NCBI GenBank assembly: GCA_002245135.1
Contig: NGBS01001170.1
Coordinates: 62,001 to 126,000 of the forward strand
Direction: 5' to 3'
DNA length: 64,000 nucleotides
Source of the DNA: Proteromonas lacertae
Lineage: Eukaryota
A program made the translations under genes and the position numbers. Under the pieces are notes generated by a model. The model was not told where the DNA came from, did not search any database, and worked only from the letters and a program-made list of their open reading frames with translations. Shown here piece after piece: positions 38,068 to 51,830 of this stretch. Numbering within the stretch: the stretch's first letter is position 1; every line of letters begins with the position of its first letter.

Positions 38068-41000
38068 ATGGAAGAAGAGAAGCCTCCAATACAACCAGGT
38101 CCAGTTTGTATGATGAATTATTATATAATGTGGTAAAATAGGCAATTGGAACATAGGAATTACTGATTTACATCTAGAAGCTATTCCTGAAGCTGACGAA
38201 GAAATGAAGAAAAAACAAATAACCTTATCTAATAAAATTAGTTTTCGTTTGATCATAGAAAGTGAAAAGTTTCAACTAAAGAAAGACTTCTACTTTTTGG
38301 AAGATCGTATATATCAATATGTATTATATAATATTATAGCATATGAAAAATTGAAATTTGATTTACAAACACAAACTGATTCAACAGAAATTCCTCTAAA
38401 AGCTGAAGTGGTTCAAAGCATATTAGGTCAACCATGCAAAATATTAATGTTCAATCAGGAACTAATGCAATTAACACCAGATACTTATGCCGTAAAAACA
38501 ATAGAACAATCATTAGATAAATTGTATAAAGAATGTATTGAAGAGACAATTTCAATTGATGAATTTAATGGATATACAGGTAGTTTCAAATTATCAATAT
38601 TTGCAGATGAAACATATTTAAGTTATGTATATCCTTGTAGATATATTAATTTTCAAAAACTATCATTAATAAATCCACCTGAAGATATGTATAAAAAATA
38701 CAAAATAGTTAAACCCAAAGAAGATGATGGTAAAAAGAAAGGAGGAAAAGCTGCTGATCCATTAAAAGCATTAAATGCAGCCAAAGCTAAGATTGATAAA
38801 GATAATGAAAAAATAAAATTCTGTGCATTAATATATATACCAGAATTAGATAATCCAAGAGAAGTGTTTATTGATAATGGAAAATTGACAATTGACGAAG
38901 AGACATTTGATTGGTCGATTGAATTTCCAGGTTTTCCATGTGAATATTATCTATCAAATCCATCTATGAATAGTTTTATTGATATGATAACAAATGAAAA
39001 ACCATTTTCATTAATTGTGTATAAGATGGAGTATAAAGATAAACAAAAGGTGTGGGAAATTGTTGAAGGTACATTTAGTCAATCAAATTTCATATTATGT
39101 ATAATAAATATATATTAAAATAATATTATTATTTAAAATAGCTTCATTAGGAGTTCCAGAAAGTGTAGATTATGAAAATACATCACCGTTAATCAAAGGT
39201 TCAGATCCAAGACCACCTCCACCAGAAGAAGAAGAACCGACTCCAGCAAAAGGAAAGAGTGGAAGTAGAAAATCAATTAAAGCTCCTAGTAGGCAAAGTA
39301 AAACAGGTAAATCACCAACAAGATCTGCAAGTGGAAAATCAAAAGGTGGAGATGAAGTAAACTTTTTTGAAGGCTCAAGTTTGTATTTACATTTTACACT
39401 GAATGAGACATTATTTTATCCACCACCTACTCCTCCAAGACCTGATAGATGTTTGAATGATTTAGTAAAACACAATCCAGTAATTGCCAAGAAAGATTTA
39501 CCTAAACCAGCATTGTATGTTTTATATTTGTTTATTAATAATTATTATATTTAAATAGTGTTGATTTTAGAGAAGAAATAGACAAAACAGTTGATTTATT
39601 AGTGAATGAGTTTATTGAAGTAAATAACAACAGTAATGACACTAGAGAAATAAGTCGTGGTTTATTATTCAAACTAAATGATGAAGGAACATATTTCAAA
39701 TTCAAAGAGAAGTTAAAAGGACCTTTAGTAGCATTAGTCCATGAAAAATATTCACAAGAAGAAATGAAAGATCCAAAATTTATAGGCTCACTTTATACTT
39801 ATGTTATGGAACAAGTATATATATTTTATTATATTATTGTTGTTGTATATATAGGTCACAAGAGTTTTAAATGACAGATATTTAAAAGCATCAGTATCTA
39901 CTGTATTGAATCGTCAAGACTTTAATCAAACTGAAGAAATTGATCCTAAGAAAGAATTACAAACACTTTTAATATTGAGTGAAGAAGCAGAATTAATTGA
40001 CAATTTTGAATTAGCTAAAAGTTATCAATTAAACAGAATTCATGTATGTGAAGAATATGGTATTAATGATAGTCGAATATGGAAAGATTATGGTAAATTT
40101 TTATTAAGAATAAACGAGAAAGAACAAGCTGTAGAATGTTTTAGAAGATCTTTAGAAATATCAACTGAAGATACTGAAATATTATATCTTTACTGTATGT
40201 TATTATTCCAGAAAGAACTATATGATGATTGTGAGGTAATATTATATGAAATTAGAGATAGAAATCCCAATGATATTAAAGTATGGATATTATTAGCAAC
40301 ACTTTATGAAAAATTCAAGAGAGAAAGTCATTATGATAGATTTTATAAAGATACTATGAGATTAATTAATAATAATATGTATACTTATCATATGGCACTT
40401 TGTGATTTATATTATAATACTTGTTTATTTGATGAAGCATTGAAAGAGTATGAATTATGTAATGAAGCAAATGGTGAAGATAATAATGAGAATAATAATA
40501 ACTTAGCTACAATAATAAAACAATATACAAGATATGGTATTATATTGTATAATAATAAAGAATATGAGAAATCAATGAATTCATTTCAAATTGTGTTAAA
40601 AGTATTATTATATTTATTATGTATTTATATATTTTTTAAATAGTATGATCCAACAAATCCCGAAGGTTATGAATATATGGGTTATTGTTTATATTATTTG
40701 AACAACATGGAAGAATGTCAAAACAACTTCGTTCAAGCAGTTCATTTCTATGATATTAATAAAAGACCATTACCAATGAAGTTATCCTATATTCTAAGTC
40801 AATGTTACATAAAATCAAACAATTATACATCAGCAAAAGAGATATTATTACGTGTGTGTGGTTCAAATCCAAATGCTACTTTATGGTTAAATGTTGGTGT
40901 TTGTTGTATTGAATTGAATGAATTTAAAGAAGCTGAAGAGTCATTATGTGAAGCAAACTTACTAGATAATAGAAACAGTGTAATCTGGGGATATTTATGT

Positions 41001-41396
41001 TTATTATCATTATGGAGTGATCCACCAAAATATGAAGAAGCAAATAAATCACTTGAAAATGCTAAGAGATATAATATTGATGATATAAATCTATTAAATA
41101 AATTAGCTGCTGCTTATTATCATAATGATCATCCCAGAATCGCTGAAGAATTAGTGAAAAGAGCATTGAAGATAGAAGAACAAGATGATTTGTTAGAATT
41201 GTGTGGAAATATATTGAAATATCAGAATAAGCTTAAAGAATGTAAACAATATTATCAAAAGTATTTACAACATGATAAACAATCACAAAATCAGAATCAA
41301 AGACAAGCTGTGGTTAATCAATATTGTGATGTGTTGAGAAGTGAAGGTTATAATGCTGAAGCTGATGCTGTTGAGGAGAGTGAGAGAATGAATTAA
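38068..41396 (+). CDS. CFAP70: Cilia- and flagella-associated protein 70 (TPR)
   Basis: LLFKLNDEGTYFKFKEKLK..LV.LV.EKY block, EEAELIDNFELAKSYQLNR, TPRs including WLNVGVCCIELNEFKEAEESLCEANLLDNRNSVIWGYLCL. Confidence 0.8.
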
Positions 41397-41477
41397 ATTT
41401 ATTAAATTTATTTTATTTGCTACATATATATTTATTCAAATAAAAAAACAAAATATATAATAAATAACGAATGTATT

Positions 41478-41955
41478 TTATGAGTAAAATGCTTCCACAG
41501 CATCATCATCTGGATCTTCATCAGAATCATCGCCATATAATAATATTTCATGTTTTATATCAACTTTTTTACTCTTTTTTATATCTTCTATTTCACTATA
41601 ATCACTATAACTGCTTGAAATTCGTTCAATTACATAATGATCGTCTTTTTGGATTAATATATACGTATAATCTTCTTTCTTTTCTTTATAATTATACTTA
41701 GAGATTTTATCCTACAAAATAACCAAAGTAGAAAAATACATTACTCTTTATTCTTATTTGCTTGCTTATATTATCCAAATATATATCAGTATCACTTAAA
41801 TCATTCATATTATTAGTTTTATCATCACATTCAAACAATTTATTCAAATCTTCTATTTAAATGTACATATAGTTAATACCCAGCAATATTGTGTTTTTTT
41901 CTTTCTGAAATGATTCGCCTAATAGGATTTTATACTCTCTATCTGTAGAATTCAT
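41478..41955 (-). CDS. ELL-associated factor (EAF)-like small protein
   Basis: MNSTDREYKILLGESFQK and YVIERISS resemble the EAF LGESF and LEKLSS motifs; acidic tail; two introns. Confidence 0.5.
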
Positions 41956-41998
41956 GAAAATAAATAATCCTAAAACGAATATAATTTTAATAATAAAA

Positions 41999-42558
41999 AT
42001 GTCAAACACAGCATTTATGGGAGTTCCTGGTATTATCATAAATTAGTTACTCTCACTTATAGCTGACGGAATATATGCTCCTTTGCTTCAAAACGATGAA
42101 GAAGCAAAACAACAAACAGATGTTCAAGTCTCTTCTCTCTCAACAATTCGTATATTATAAACACAATTTATTATATGATGTATTTGTTTTAACCTTTATT
42201 TAGCTCATTCAAACGCTCCAGCCAAATTTCAACAATATAAACCAAATCCAGATGTATTACCAGCAGATCTAACTCCATCAATCAATCTAATGAATTCGAT
42301 ATGTGGTTATTTAAAATGTCCAAATTGTTTAAAACACATCTGTTATCCTTGTGATAACCATATATCTGTAGTTCGTTGCTGCTACTGTCCAAGTAGTTTT
42401 ATTCAGTTAGATAAGTCAATGTTATACTCTAAATGTCCAAATTGTAGTTTACCTATTGTATCCCTTGTATTTCTTAATTTAAATAGACTCATTCGAAAAG
42501 TTCTGATTTTATTCACTGTCAGTGTGGTAAAATATTCCCAATTACCATATATGAATAA
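41999..42558 (+). CDS. Small Cys-rich zinc-ribbon protein
   Basis: Spliced: CPNC...CCYC...CPNC...CQCG; three introns; TAA 42556-42558. Confidence 0.7.
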
Positions 42559-42634
42559 CATTAATCTACTTTTGTTTGTAATTATTTGCTTAATTCATAA
42601 CATACATTTTTAAAAAAACATTTAATATATATAA

Positions 42635-44312
42635 TTATATTCTAAACACATCAGGAGTTACATAAATCTGATAATGTTCACATAATCTCATCAATACTTT
42701 TTTCATATTCTTTACTTTATTATCGGGATAGACTAACTCATACAACACACACAAATTATCAACAACTTCCTCAGTCAAATAAATCAGAGGATTTTTGAAA
42801 ATCAAATTCTCTAAAATCTCAACTGATTTAAAAGGTTCGGCACAATGTAAATAAGCTGTAGCTAAATTAATATAACCAGAAATAATATATTCATTTCTCA
42901 ATGTAGTTGAATAAGGAGTAGGATCCCATTGTTGTTGTATGACTGCATTGAATTTAGATATTGAATTATAATACTCTCCTTTACCCATTAATATCAATCC
43001 TTGTAATAGTAAAATTAAAGGATTTTGTTCATCTGATATGTGTTTGATAATATCATCTAAATATCTTTCAGCTTCATTTAATTCTCCCATCTATTCACAT
43101 ATATAATGATAATAATAATAAAATAATAATTATATATATATATATATACTTGAATGCATATTTTACAAGCTCTTGATATTCCTAATAAATTATAACTATC
43201 TGATTTTAATTCATAATTGAATAATTCTTCACATAAACCTAGTGTGCTTATATAATCATCTATTTTTAATAATAATAATAATAATAATATATACGATTAC
43301 ATAGACTAATATTACACAATTCAATCAATACAGTTTCAATCCATTGTTGACATTCTTCAATAGTCAGTTTCTCAGCTTCTTGCGTTTCTTCCTCCAAGTT
43401 AATTGCACTTTGAGCTCTTAATCGACTATCTCTACTCGGCATAGTGTCTACTTGACGTGATAATACTTGATATTGATTCATTAAAGCCGCTAAATATAAA
43501 TATAATAAATCGCATGCATTTTCACTTCGATCTATGTATATTAATTAAATAATATTTATATATTCATTATATACGAGCTAAATGATATGTAATTGCTATT
43601 TGTATTTTTACACCGTATGTTTCTTTGCCAAATCCATTTCCTAACTGTGCAACATACTCTAAAGCATCGTCATATTTGTGTAAATGACATAAACCTTCCA
43701 AATAGTATTGCTATTTATTAATTATAATATAATTTGTACTTTACACAGAGATATATCTTGTTGTAACATATTGACTGGATTGTCTATTATTTTCTTACAT
43801 AATTCAACTGCTTTTTCCCATGAATGGTTTTGAATTAACTCTTCAATATTGGTAATATCAAGTTCATCTTTTATGGTTGCTGGTGGAACTTGACATTTTG
43901 CTAGAAAATCTGCGTAAAGTTTTTCTGTTACCTATATATAAAACTATAATAACATGAAACATACAGATTCTTTTTTTGGTGTTTGTGGAGGTGTTTGATG
44001 CTTTAGTTCCTTCTTCTTTTTCATTGTTTTTTCTAAATCTTCAGAGTTAATACTGTCAAGACTTGATTTTCTTTGAATAGGCTATAATGAGTTATAATTT
44101 GTGTTAGAAAATACCGAAGATGATTCTTCTTCCTCACTTTCACTACTTGAAGATACACGCTTTTTATGGTGTTTATGTTTTCTCTCTTTCTCTTTCTCTA
44201 GTAAATTAAGAATAATACAAATACTTTCATGCGACTTCTTCTTCTTCTTTGGAGTCTCTTCTCTTTTACTTTTGGATTTAGGAATATAAAATGGATTATT
44301 TGGATCGTCCAT
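42635..44312 (-). CDS. TPR protein, TRAPPC12-like
   Basis: C-terminal TPRs with INLATAYLHC...LENL...NLCVLYEL, similar to the TRAPPC12 C-terminus; basic low-complexity N-terminus; many introns. Confidence 0.6.
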
Positions 44313-44414
44313 TAAAATCTAAATTGATAAAAAAAGATCAGATCGAGGTTTGACTAAATTTTCGTTACTAACAATTTAAAACCCAGAAGTTCGTTATTTC
44401 GTTTTTTTTATTTA

Positions 44415-46055
44415 ATGTCATCTGTTTGCTCTACTGTATTAAAGTTTGAAATAAGAGGTTCAGGAGAACGTCTTATGACTCTTATGAGAGATATTGAAGC
44501 TAAAGTCATTGAAAGAGTATGATGAATTTGTTTATTGCCTTCTAGGGAGAACAATTTGCTGAACAGTGCAATAATTCTAATATGTTATTCACTGATCCTG
44601 ATTTTGGTCCAACAGAAGAAGAACCTAAGGGTTTAAAGTCATTATACCGTAACGGTAAAGTATGAAATTCAAATTTTATTCCATATTTAGATCCCTGATG
44701 ATGTCGACTATGATGTACAATGGCAAAGAGCCACCTCAGTCATCGATAACTCACAATTTAACCAACCAGGTCGTTTTGTCCAAGTATTTAACTTTATTTA
44801 TCTATATTACCCATAGGGACGTGTTGGAGATTGCTGGTTACTTGGTGCTTTAGGTATGTTATCCATCGATCCACGAAATTTCGGTTCAATTATTTTCAGC
44901 TCACCAACTGCTGTAGCTTGGAGAGATTTAGGACTTTATATCGTCCGATTATGTTCAGATCACTGCTATTACTATATTTTCATTGATAACAGAATCCCAG
45001 TCTTATCAAGCCCTGATTACCTCCCAACCCCAGTTTATGGTAGTTCCGACAAAGTTGGTGATATTACTGTCTCAATCATCGAAAAAGCTGTTGCTAAATT
45101 CTATGGATGTTATGAAAACTTAAATGGAGGTTATGTCCACACTGGATTAAGATTATTAAATGGCTATTGCAGTGATTTTGTCCCATTGAACAACCCTAAT
45201 TCAATGTACATCCCATACCAAACCTTAGACAAAGTATGTGAATTTATTGCAGAACAAATCAATAATCATTCATTAGTTGGATGTTACGCTAGTAACGAAA
45301 GATTAGTTAAAGATACAGACTTCTTATGTCCATATGTTTACATGATATTAGGTTTTGTTGATGTAACATTAAACGAACAAGGAGAAAGTTTAATCATTTT
45401 ATATTCACCATGGTATATCAATAACTTCAAGAATAATGATACTTATTCTAATTTATTACAAGATAATGAAGACTTCAAAGGATTAATTAGAAATTATCCA
45501 ACAGTAGATCCCGCTAATTTAGTATATGTACCAGTAAAGACATGGTTCCATCACTTTGACATGTTATGTTTATCATTAAACTTCCCAGATCAATGGAATG
45601 CAAGAATTATTAGTGGAGAATGGACAGAAACAAACGCTGGAGGTAGAATATATAACGAAAGATATCATATTAATCAGAAATATAAATTAATTGTTCCAAC
45701 AGATCATACAACTCTATATGTTCAATTATTACAACATTCTACACATGCTATCTATCCAGTATCATTCCATATATATCCATTATCATTTGCCTTTGAAACT
45801 GTTTACCATGTACCAGATTATATTCCTAATTGTGATAATATCGTTTATCAACCAAGTTATGTTGAAATGGATACTGTAAGTTCAAGATTCACAATTAATA
45901 AAGGAGAATATTATATCATTCCAACCACTTATGAACCAGGAATGTTGGGTGGTTATTCTATTATTGTTTACAGTTCTAATGGAAGTGTTACAATGGTTGG
46001 TGTTAATGATTACCAAAGCCCAGAGAATATGGCAGAAACATACCAGATTATGTAA
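44415..46055 (+). CDS. Calpain-like protein (CysPc + domain III), probably catalytically impaired
   Basis: FTDPDFGP, FVQ|GRVGDCWLLGAL, IDNRIP, EKAVAKFYGCYENLNGG, GEWTETNAGG, YYIIPTTYEPG; His and Asn positions read PYVY and YSPW. Confidence 0.9.
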
Positions 46056-46144
46056 AAAGGAGAAGAAGAAAACAACAATTTAGATCTTTAAGTTTTTATA
46101 TCAATTATTATTATCTTTATTATATTCAAAATTAAATAAATTTT

Positions 46145-46160
46145 GTGTGTGTGTGTGTGT
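46145..46160. repeat. (GT)n microsatellite
   Basis: About eight GT units between convergent genes. Confidence 0.8.
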
Positions 46161-46220
46161 TTAATAATAACAAAAACATAATTAATAGTATTATTTGATT
46201 TTATTCTTCGTTTCTAGCAT

Positions 46221-48346
46221 TTAATTCATATGTGAAACTGATAATAATTCTATTGATGTGTTTTCACTATATAATACAGCATAAGGATATAATGGAGAAG
46301 GTAAATCTTTCAACAAGTAAAACAGGAAATGAATTATTAGTGTTTAATCCAAAATTCTCTTTTATTCATATCAACAATCACTTCATAAATTGAACCATCT
46401 CCATGATTATTGAAATTTGGATTTTGAATTAACAACTCTTCCAATATAACAATATGGAGTAATATCTACACTTTCACCATTATATGCACAATAATTATAT
46501 GTTGTTGATTGATAATAAATATTATTACCAGAAAATGTATTATCAATTGATAATCCTAACATCATATGATCATAATCACTTCCATTTTGATAATATTTAT
46601 ATTTGATATGATAAACCCCATTTTCCATTTTTAGATTCAAATAACAATGACTCCATCCATAATATGAATTACTTATTAATTTTCCATTATTTGAGATTGT
46701 TATGCTATAACTTTTGTTTAATTCTGTGAATTTTCCTTCTTCAAACTCTAATGATATTTTAAATTTCTTTTCATTTAGAATATTCTTACAACTTATTTCA
46801 TATTCTCTCTTTTTGATTTCTTTATCTACTTTTCCATTAATTATTCCATTCTCTTTATCAATCATTATTCCATCTGGCAATGAAGGATTGATTGAAAATT
46901 CACATCGATTTCCATCAAATGAAGGAATTATTGACATTTCTTCATCTAATCCAAATGAATATTCTGCTTGAGGATATGAAAATGATGTGATTTCTTTTGT
47001 TTTTAATTCACTCAATAATTCTTTATCTTTCATTATTTTTATCATTTCTTCTTCTTCTTCGAAACTCAATTTTGTCTCTTTTATATATTCAATTAATATT
47101 TCTTTGGATTTGGAGTTTAGATAATTATCTTCATTCAATATTCTAAAAAGAATCTCTTTTCCACATACTTCTTCTATTATTGAAATATTCTTTTTATCAT
47201 CAACAAACAAACATAAACATTTCATTGTTCGATTTCTTTTATTCTCATTATATTCTATATATAGTCTTTCCAATAGATTTCTCTTTTCTGTATTTGAGAT
47301 ATATTCTATTTAAATATATTTTTAGTATTTATACTTTCCATTTTCATATTTTATATTTCATTATCATCAATACTATTTCGGTCATTTTTATGTTATCCAT
47401 TTCTAATATACACATTATTTCATCATTCAACTCTTCTTCTTCTATCTTATCCAATATTCCTCTTTCTTCTTCATTAAAGTCTTCTTCTTTATTATCTTCA
47501 TTGTATTTGTTGATTATTACATTTTGAATTCTCTCATCTTTTATTAAATATATTTCTATATGATTTTTACATTCATTTTTCTTTAATTCTATTTTCATTT
47601 CTTTCAACATTTCTTTATTCTCTTTTTCTATCTCTTTCTCTTTTATCTTTTCACAATCAATATCTTCTTCTATCAATTGTTTAAAATCATCTTGTATCTC
47701 TTTATTATCATTCTTATTCTTTTGGAATTTATACCATTCTAATAACCGATTTAATAACCATAACTCATTCACTATTATCACATCTCTCATATTTAATATC
47801 TCTATCAAATTATTCATTTCTAATCTCAACAAATATTCATTCTTATATAAATATTTATATCCTCGCTTTTCTATTTCCATATTTTTCAAGTCTTCTATCT
47901 CTCTCAAACATCCACCAAATACATTACATATATGAATTAATTTCATTAATACTTCATCATCTATATTATTCTTCACAAATTCATAACAATCATTTATTAT
48001 CTCTTTTTCACAATAACATAAACAAAACATCAACACTTCACACACTCTCTCTTTACAGATTATCAATTCACCACCACTGTAGTATTTCTCCATCTCATAA
48101 TATCCAATTTCTTCGATTTCTTCATATAACTCCAAAATTCCAACAAACTCACGATCTAACAACAGTTTCTTTAGAGTTTCATTTCCATTCACTAAAATTG
48201 ATTTGATTGACATTATTAGACTATCTCCAATCTTCACTTCTATATCACCAAAACCACTTTCAACCAATTTTCGACATAATCTATCATAAAATTAAATACA
48301 AAATATACCCCTCTTCTCTTATGCTTTTATTCACTTTTATTATCAT
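46221..48346 (-). pseudogene. BTB/BACK + Ig-like + SPRY-like protein, copy 2 (different frameshifts from copy 1)
   Basis: Paralog of 28278-30403; 1-nt deletion near 47350 and insertions near 46423 and 46340. Confidence 0.7.
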
Positions 48347-48599
48347 CTTTATGTAAATATATAACAAAAATAACGAAATTGAATTTCTATCAAAATTTTG
48401 AATAACCCTAAAATTAAAAAGATGAAAAACATCCTAAATACGTATATTGAAGATTATATTGGTATAAAAATCCATTTATTATGCTCAAATGTAACTATTA
48501 TTTGTTTTAGTTATATTTAATAGTTTTATTCCTTATCTGATGAATAATAATTACACAATAACAAATCAAATTTAATTTAATTAAATAAAATAAAAAGCA

Positions 48600-50857
48600 T
48601 TAAAACGGTTTCTTCCAAGTTGTTTCTCTTGTTTGAATATTATAATAATAAGTTTTACCTGTAACTTTATCTACTGCTTCACTCCATATATTCGCTTTTA
48701 TATTATTCTCTTTTTTCGATGGTTGAACAAATGGATCTCCATATAACGAAATAGGAGTTATAACTTTATTCTTAGCTGGTGAAGCTGCTAAATGATTCTT
48801 AGAAACAGAAGAAGAACGAATTGTTGATGGTTTCTTTGATATTGGGAATTTGATATCTATTGGTATTTCTTTCTTCAATGAAGTTGATGAAAATGAAGAT
48901 TTTCTTGAATTAATTTTAGTTGTTGAGGAAGATCTTTTTGTGTTTTTTATTGTATTTGTATTTTCTGATTTAGATGAAGAAGTAGGAATAGGAGAAGAAG
49001 GAATTGATAACTTTGTTGTTGTTGATGATGAAGGAGTAGATTTAATTGGAGTTGTTGATTTAGATTTAGATGGAGATGATGTATGAGTATAAAAATTGGA
49101 TTGCTTATTCAATAATTTTGATATTTCCAGTCTTTGACATACAACAGCCCATTCTGCTTGTACAACTCTTTGTTCTAGTGTGAGATTCTCATTTAATACA
49201 CCTGAAGGCTATATTCATAATAATAATAATAATAATAATAATATATATATATATATATACTGGATAATGTGAAAGACTGTTGAGATATTTATTCATTCTT
49301 TCTGATTGAATATTTATATATTTATTAAAATCAATACATTTATCATTTTCTTGTTGTATTGTTTCTGAACCATGAAATATGTACAACAATTTGTTTATTT
49401 GTGACTTCAATTGAGTATTCTCTTCTTTCAACTATATATATATAAAGATAAGAAATTTAATATACTTTTTCATTTTCATTTACTATTTGTTCCATATCTA
49501 GTGGAATATTCTGATAATGGTTGCTATTATTGGATGTAGCTTCAATTTTCTCTTGTAATATACTCTACAGTATAAAAACTAAATCAATAATATATATACT
49601 TTAAGTCTTTCTATTTCTAATTCATATTGATGTAATAATTCAATATTATCATAAGTTTCATTCACATTTACATTCACTTCAATTGATTTGGCTCTTTCAG
49701 CAAATTGTAATCTAAATGAATTAATATAAATATAAATATATACGAAGAAATACCATCATCCATATACTCAATAGATGGACTTAATGTAATAATAAATAAT
49801 GTTTTACTATTTCCACCTAATGAATCTTGTAAAAGTCTTGTTAATTTACTATTCCTATAAGGTATATGTGACTTATTATTAGCTAATCCTCGAATACAAT
49901 TACCTAAATTACTAAGACTTTTATTGATTGATGTCATTTCTTGTATTCTTTGATCTGTAAATGAACCAAATTGATAAGGATGCCACTTCTCACTACCAGC
50001 TAAATCAACTAAATTGATCTTAGAGAAGATTGATTTTTCACCACCATTCTCTGTTTTTATTTTCTGTGTAATTATTAACTCAAATAATGTATGAGATCTA
50101 CTACTATGATTATTCAAATCTGTGGCTCGTACTGAACGATTATGAGCTCCTAACCATAACAAACACAATGCTTCTTCAATTGTATTAATCTAAATAATAA
50201 TAATAATTATTATTATTATTATAAATACATTCATTTCAATTGCATCTGGTACATAAACACTTCCTTTTATTTCTCTTATTTCTAAACCGTTGCTATTAGT
50301 ACTACGACTATCATCACATTTTAATAAATCGTATATTTTCTCATTGTATATTTCTAAATAACTACAACTAACTGAACATTCAATATCTTCATTATTCTCA
50401 ATAAAATTGTATATATTCTCTAATACACGAGGTATTATTCCCCACAAGTCGCGCTGTTGGTAAAGAGTGGTACTATGAATATCTTCAGGTGTAACAAATG
50501 GATTAGACTTAGACTTGTCTTTAGCAAAATTCCACATATCAATTCCTAACATTGTATGTGTCTTTCCTGTTCCAGTTTGTCCACTAACACAAATAAATGA
50601 TATTCTATATACTAGGCGAATATTGTGCAATTATATCCTCTCAATGCATCAATAATTAAGTCTGTACATTGATCATATACTTCAGCTTGTGTTGAATTTT
50701 CATTGAATACTTTATCGAATTTATAACAGAAATCTCTACTGCATTCTGGAGTACTTACAACTAATTTATCTCTCACTTGTATCCATCTTGTTTTATCCTT
50801 TTCAGCACTGATAAATGGACGAATTCTTGAATATACACTGATATAAGTCTTGCTCAT
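48600..50857 (-). CDS. Kinesin motor protein with coiled coil, Ser-rich tail and C-terminal WW domain
   Basis: VYSRIRP, FDKVF, YGQTGTGKTHT, SYLEIYNE, SSRSH, LVDLAGSE, HIPYRNSKLTRLLQDSLGGNSKT; WSEAVDKVTGKTYYYNIQTRETTWKKP. Confidence 0.95.
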
Positions 50858-50954
50858 TACTTCACAATGCAATTTTTAAATTTGAAAAATACGATGAGAG
50901 CAGATCAAGTACATTTTCATAAAAATAATAAGCAAATGGTTATATTACTTTATA

Positions 50955-51729
50955 TTACTGTGGATCTATTTCAATCACTCTCATTTCTCCATTCTTAAGT
51001 GTGGATTTATCAATACAATCACCCTCTTTGTTATGAATAATAGTATTTGTCACAAATCGTTTTAAAAAAGCAGAATGTGAAACAACTCCTATAACTTTTT
51101 CATTTCTCTTACATAACCATTCAAAAAACTCATTACCTCTTTCTTCACAATGTTCTACACTTTCTCTTTCTTTAACTCCAATTATTGGATCAATTTTATC
51201 TTTTACTAATTTAAAATCAACATCTTTAAACTCTGATATTGTTTCATCCATATTATTATAACAATCTGTGTAAAATCTACCATATTTTTCTCTAATTAAC
51301 TAAAAATGAGATATTTATATACTGGGTTTGCAATTCTTTGACATTTTATTCCATTAAAAGCATATTGCATTGTTTCTAATGTTCTGATAAGCGGTGAAAC
51401 AACCACTAAATCGAATTGTGGAAAGATTTTGATTGTTTTATTCAATTCTTTAGCTTGATCTATACCCAATTGTGATAATCTATATTTATAAAACTTAACA
51501 ATCATACGGTGGATCTATATTCTCTTTTGCTTCATATACATACTTTTCTTTTTCTAAAATATTAAATAGATTCATTATACCATCTTCAGTTTCATATTTA
51601 CTAGCTTTTAAATTATGAGCTGCTTCACCATGTCTTATTATATATACATTCTTTTTATTTCTATTAAACTTCTATAGAAACTCTAACATTATACTTTGTT
51701 AAAGGTGTTATAACCTGATAACTGATCAT
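50955..51729 (-). CDS. Histidine phosphatase / phosphoglycerate mutase family protein
   Basis: VYIIRHGEAAHN, LSQLGIDQA, VVSPLIRTLET, VVSHSAFL. Confidence 0.9.
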
Positions 51730-51830
51730 TTTCAACCTAAAAATGAATTTCAATAAAAATGAGATTTGAGTATTATTTGACAAAAACAGACCATCAATAG
51801 TATTATATTAAAATTTATAAAACACGAATT

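Noticed and set aside
42458..42486. GTATCCCTT donor plus TTCTTAAT suggesting a GT-AG U12 intron
   Set aside because: Only 29 nt, the modal size of ordinary introns here, and TCTTAAT also occurs in ordinary introns (e.g. near 44205); cannot be distinguished
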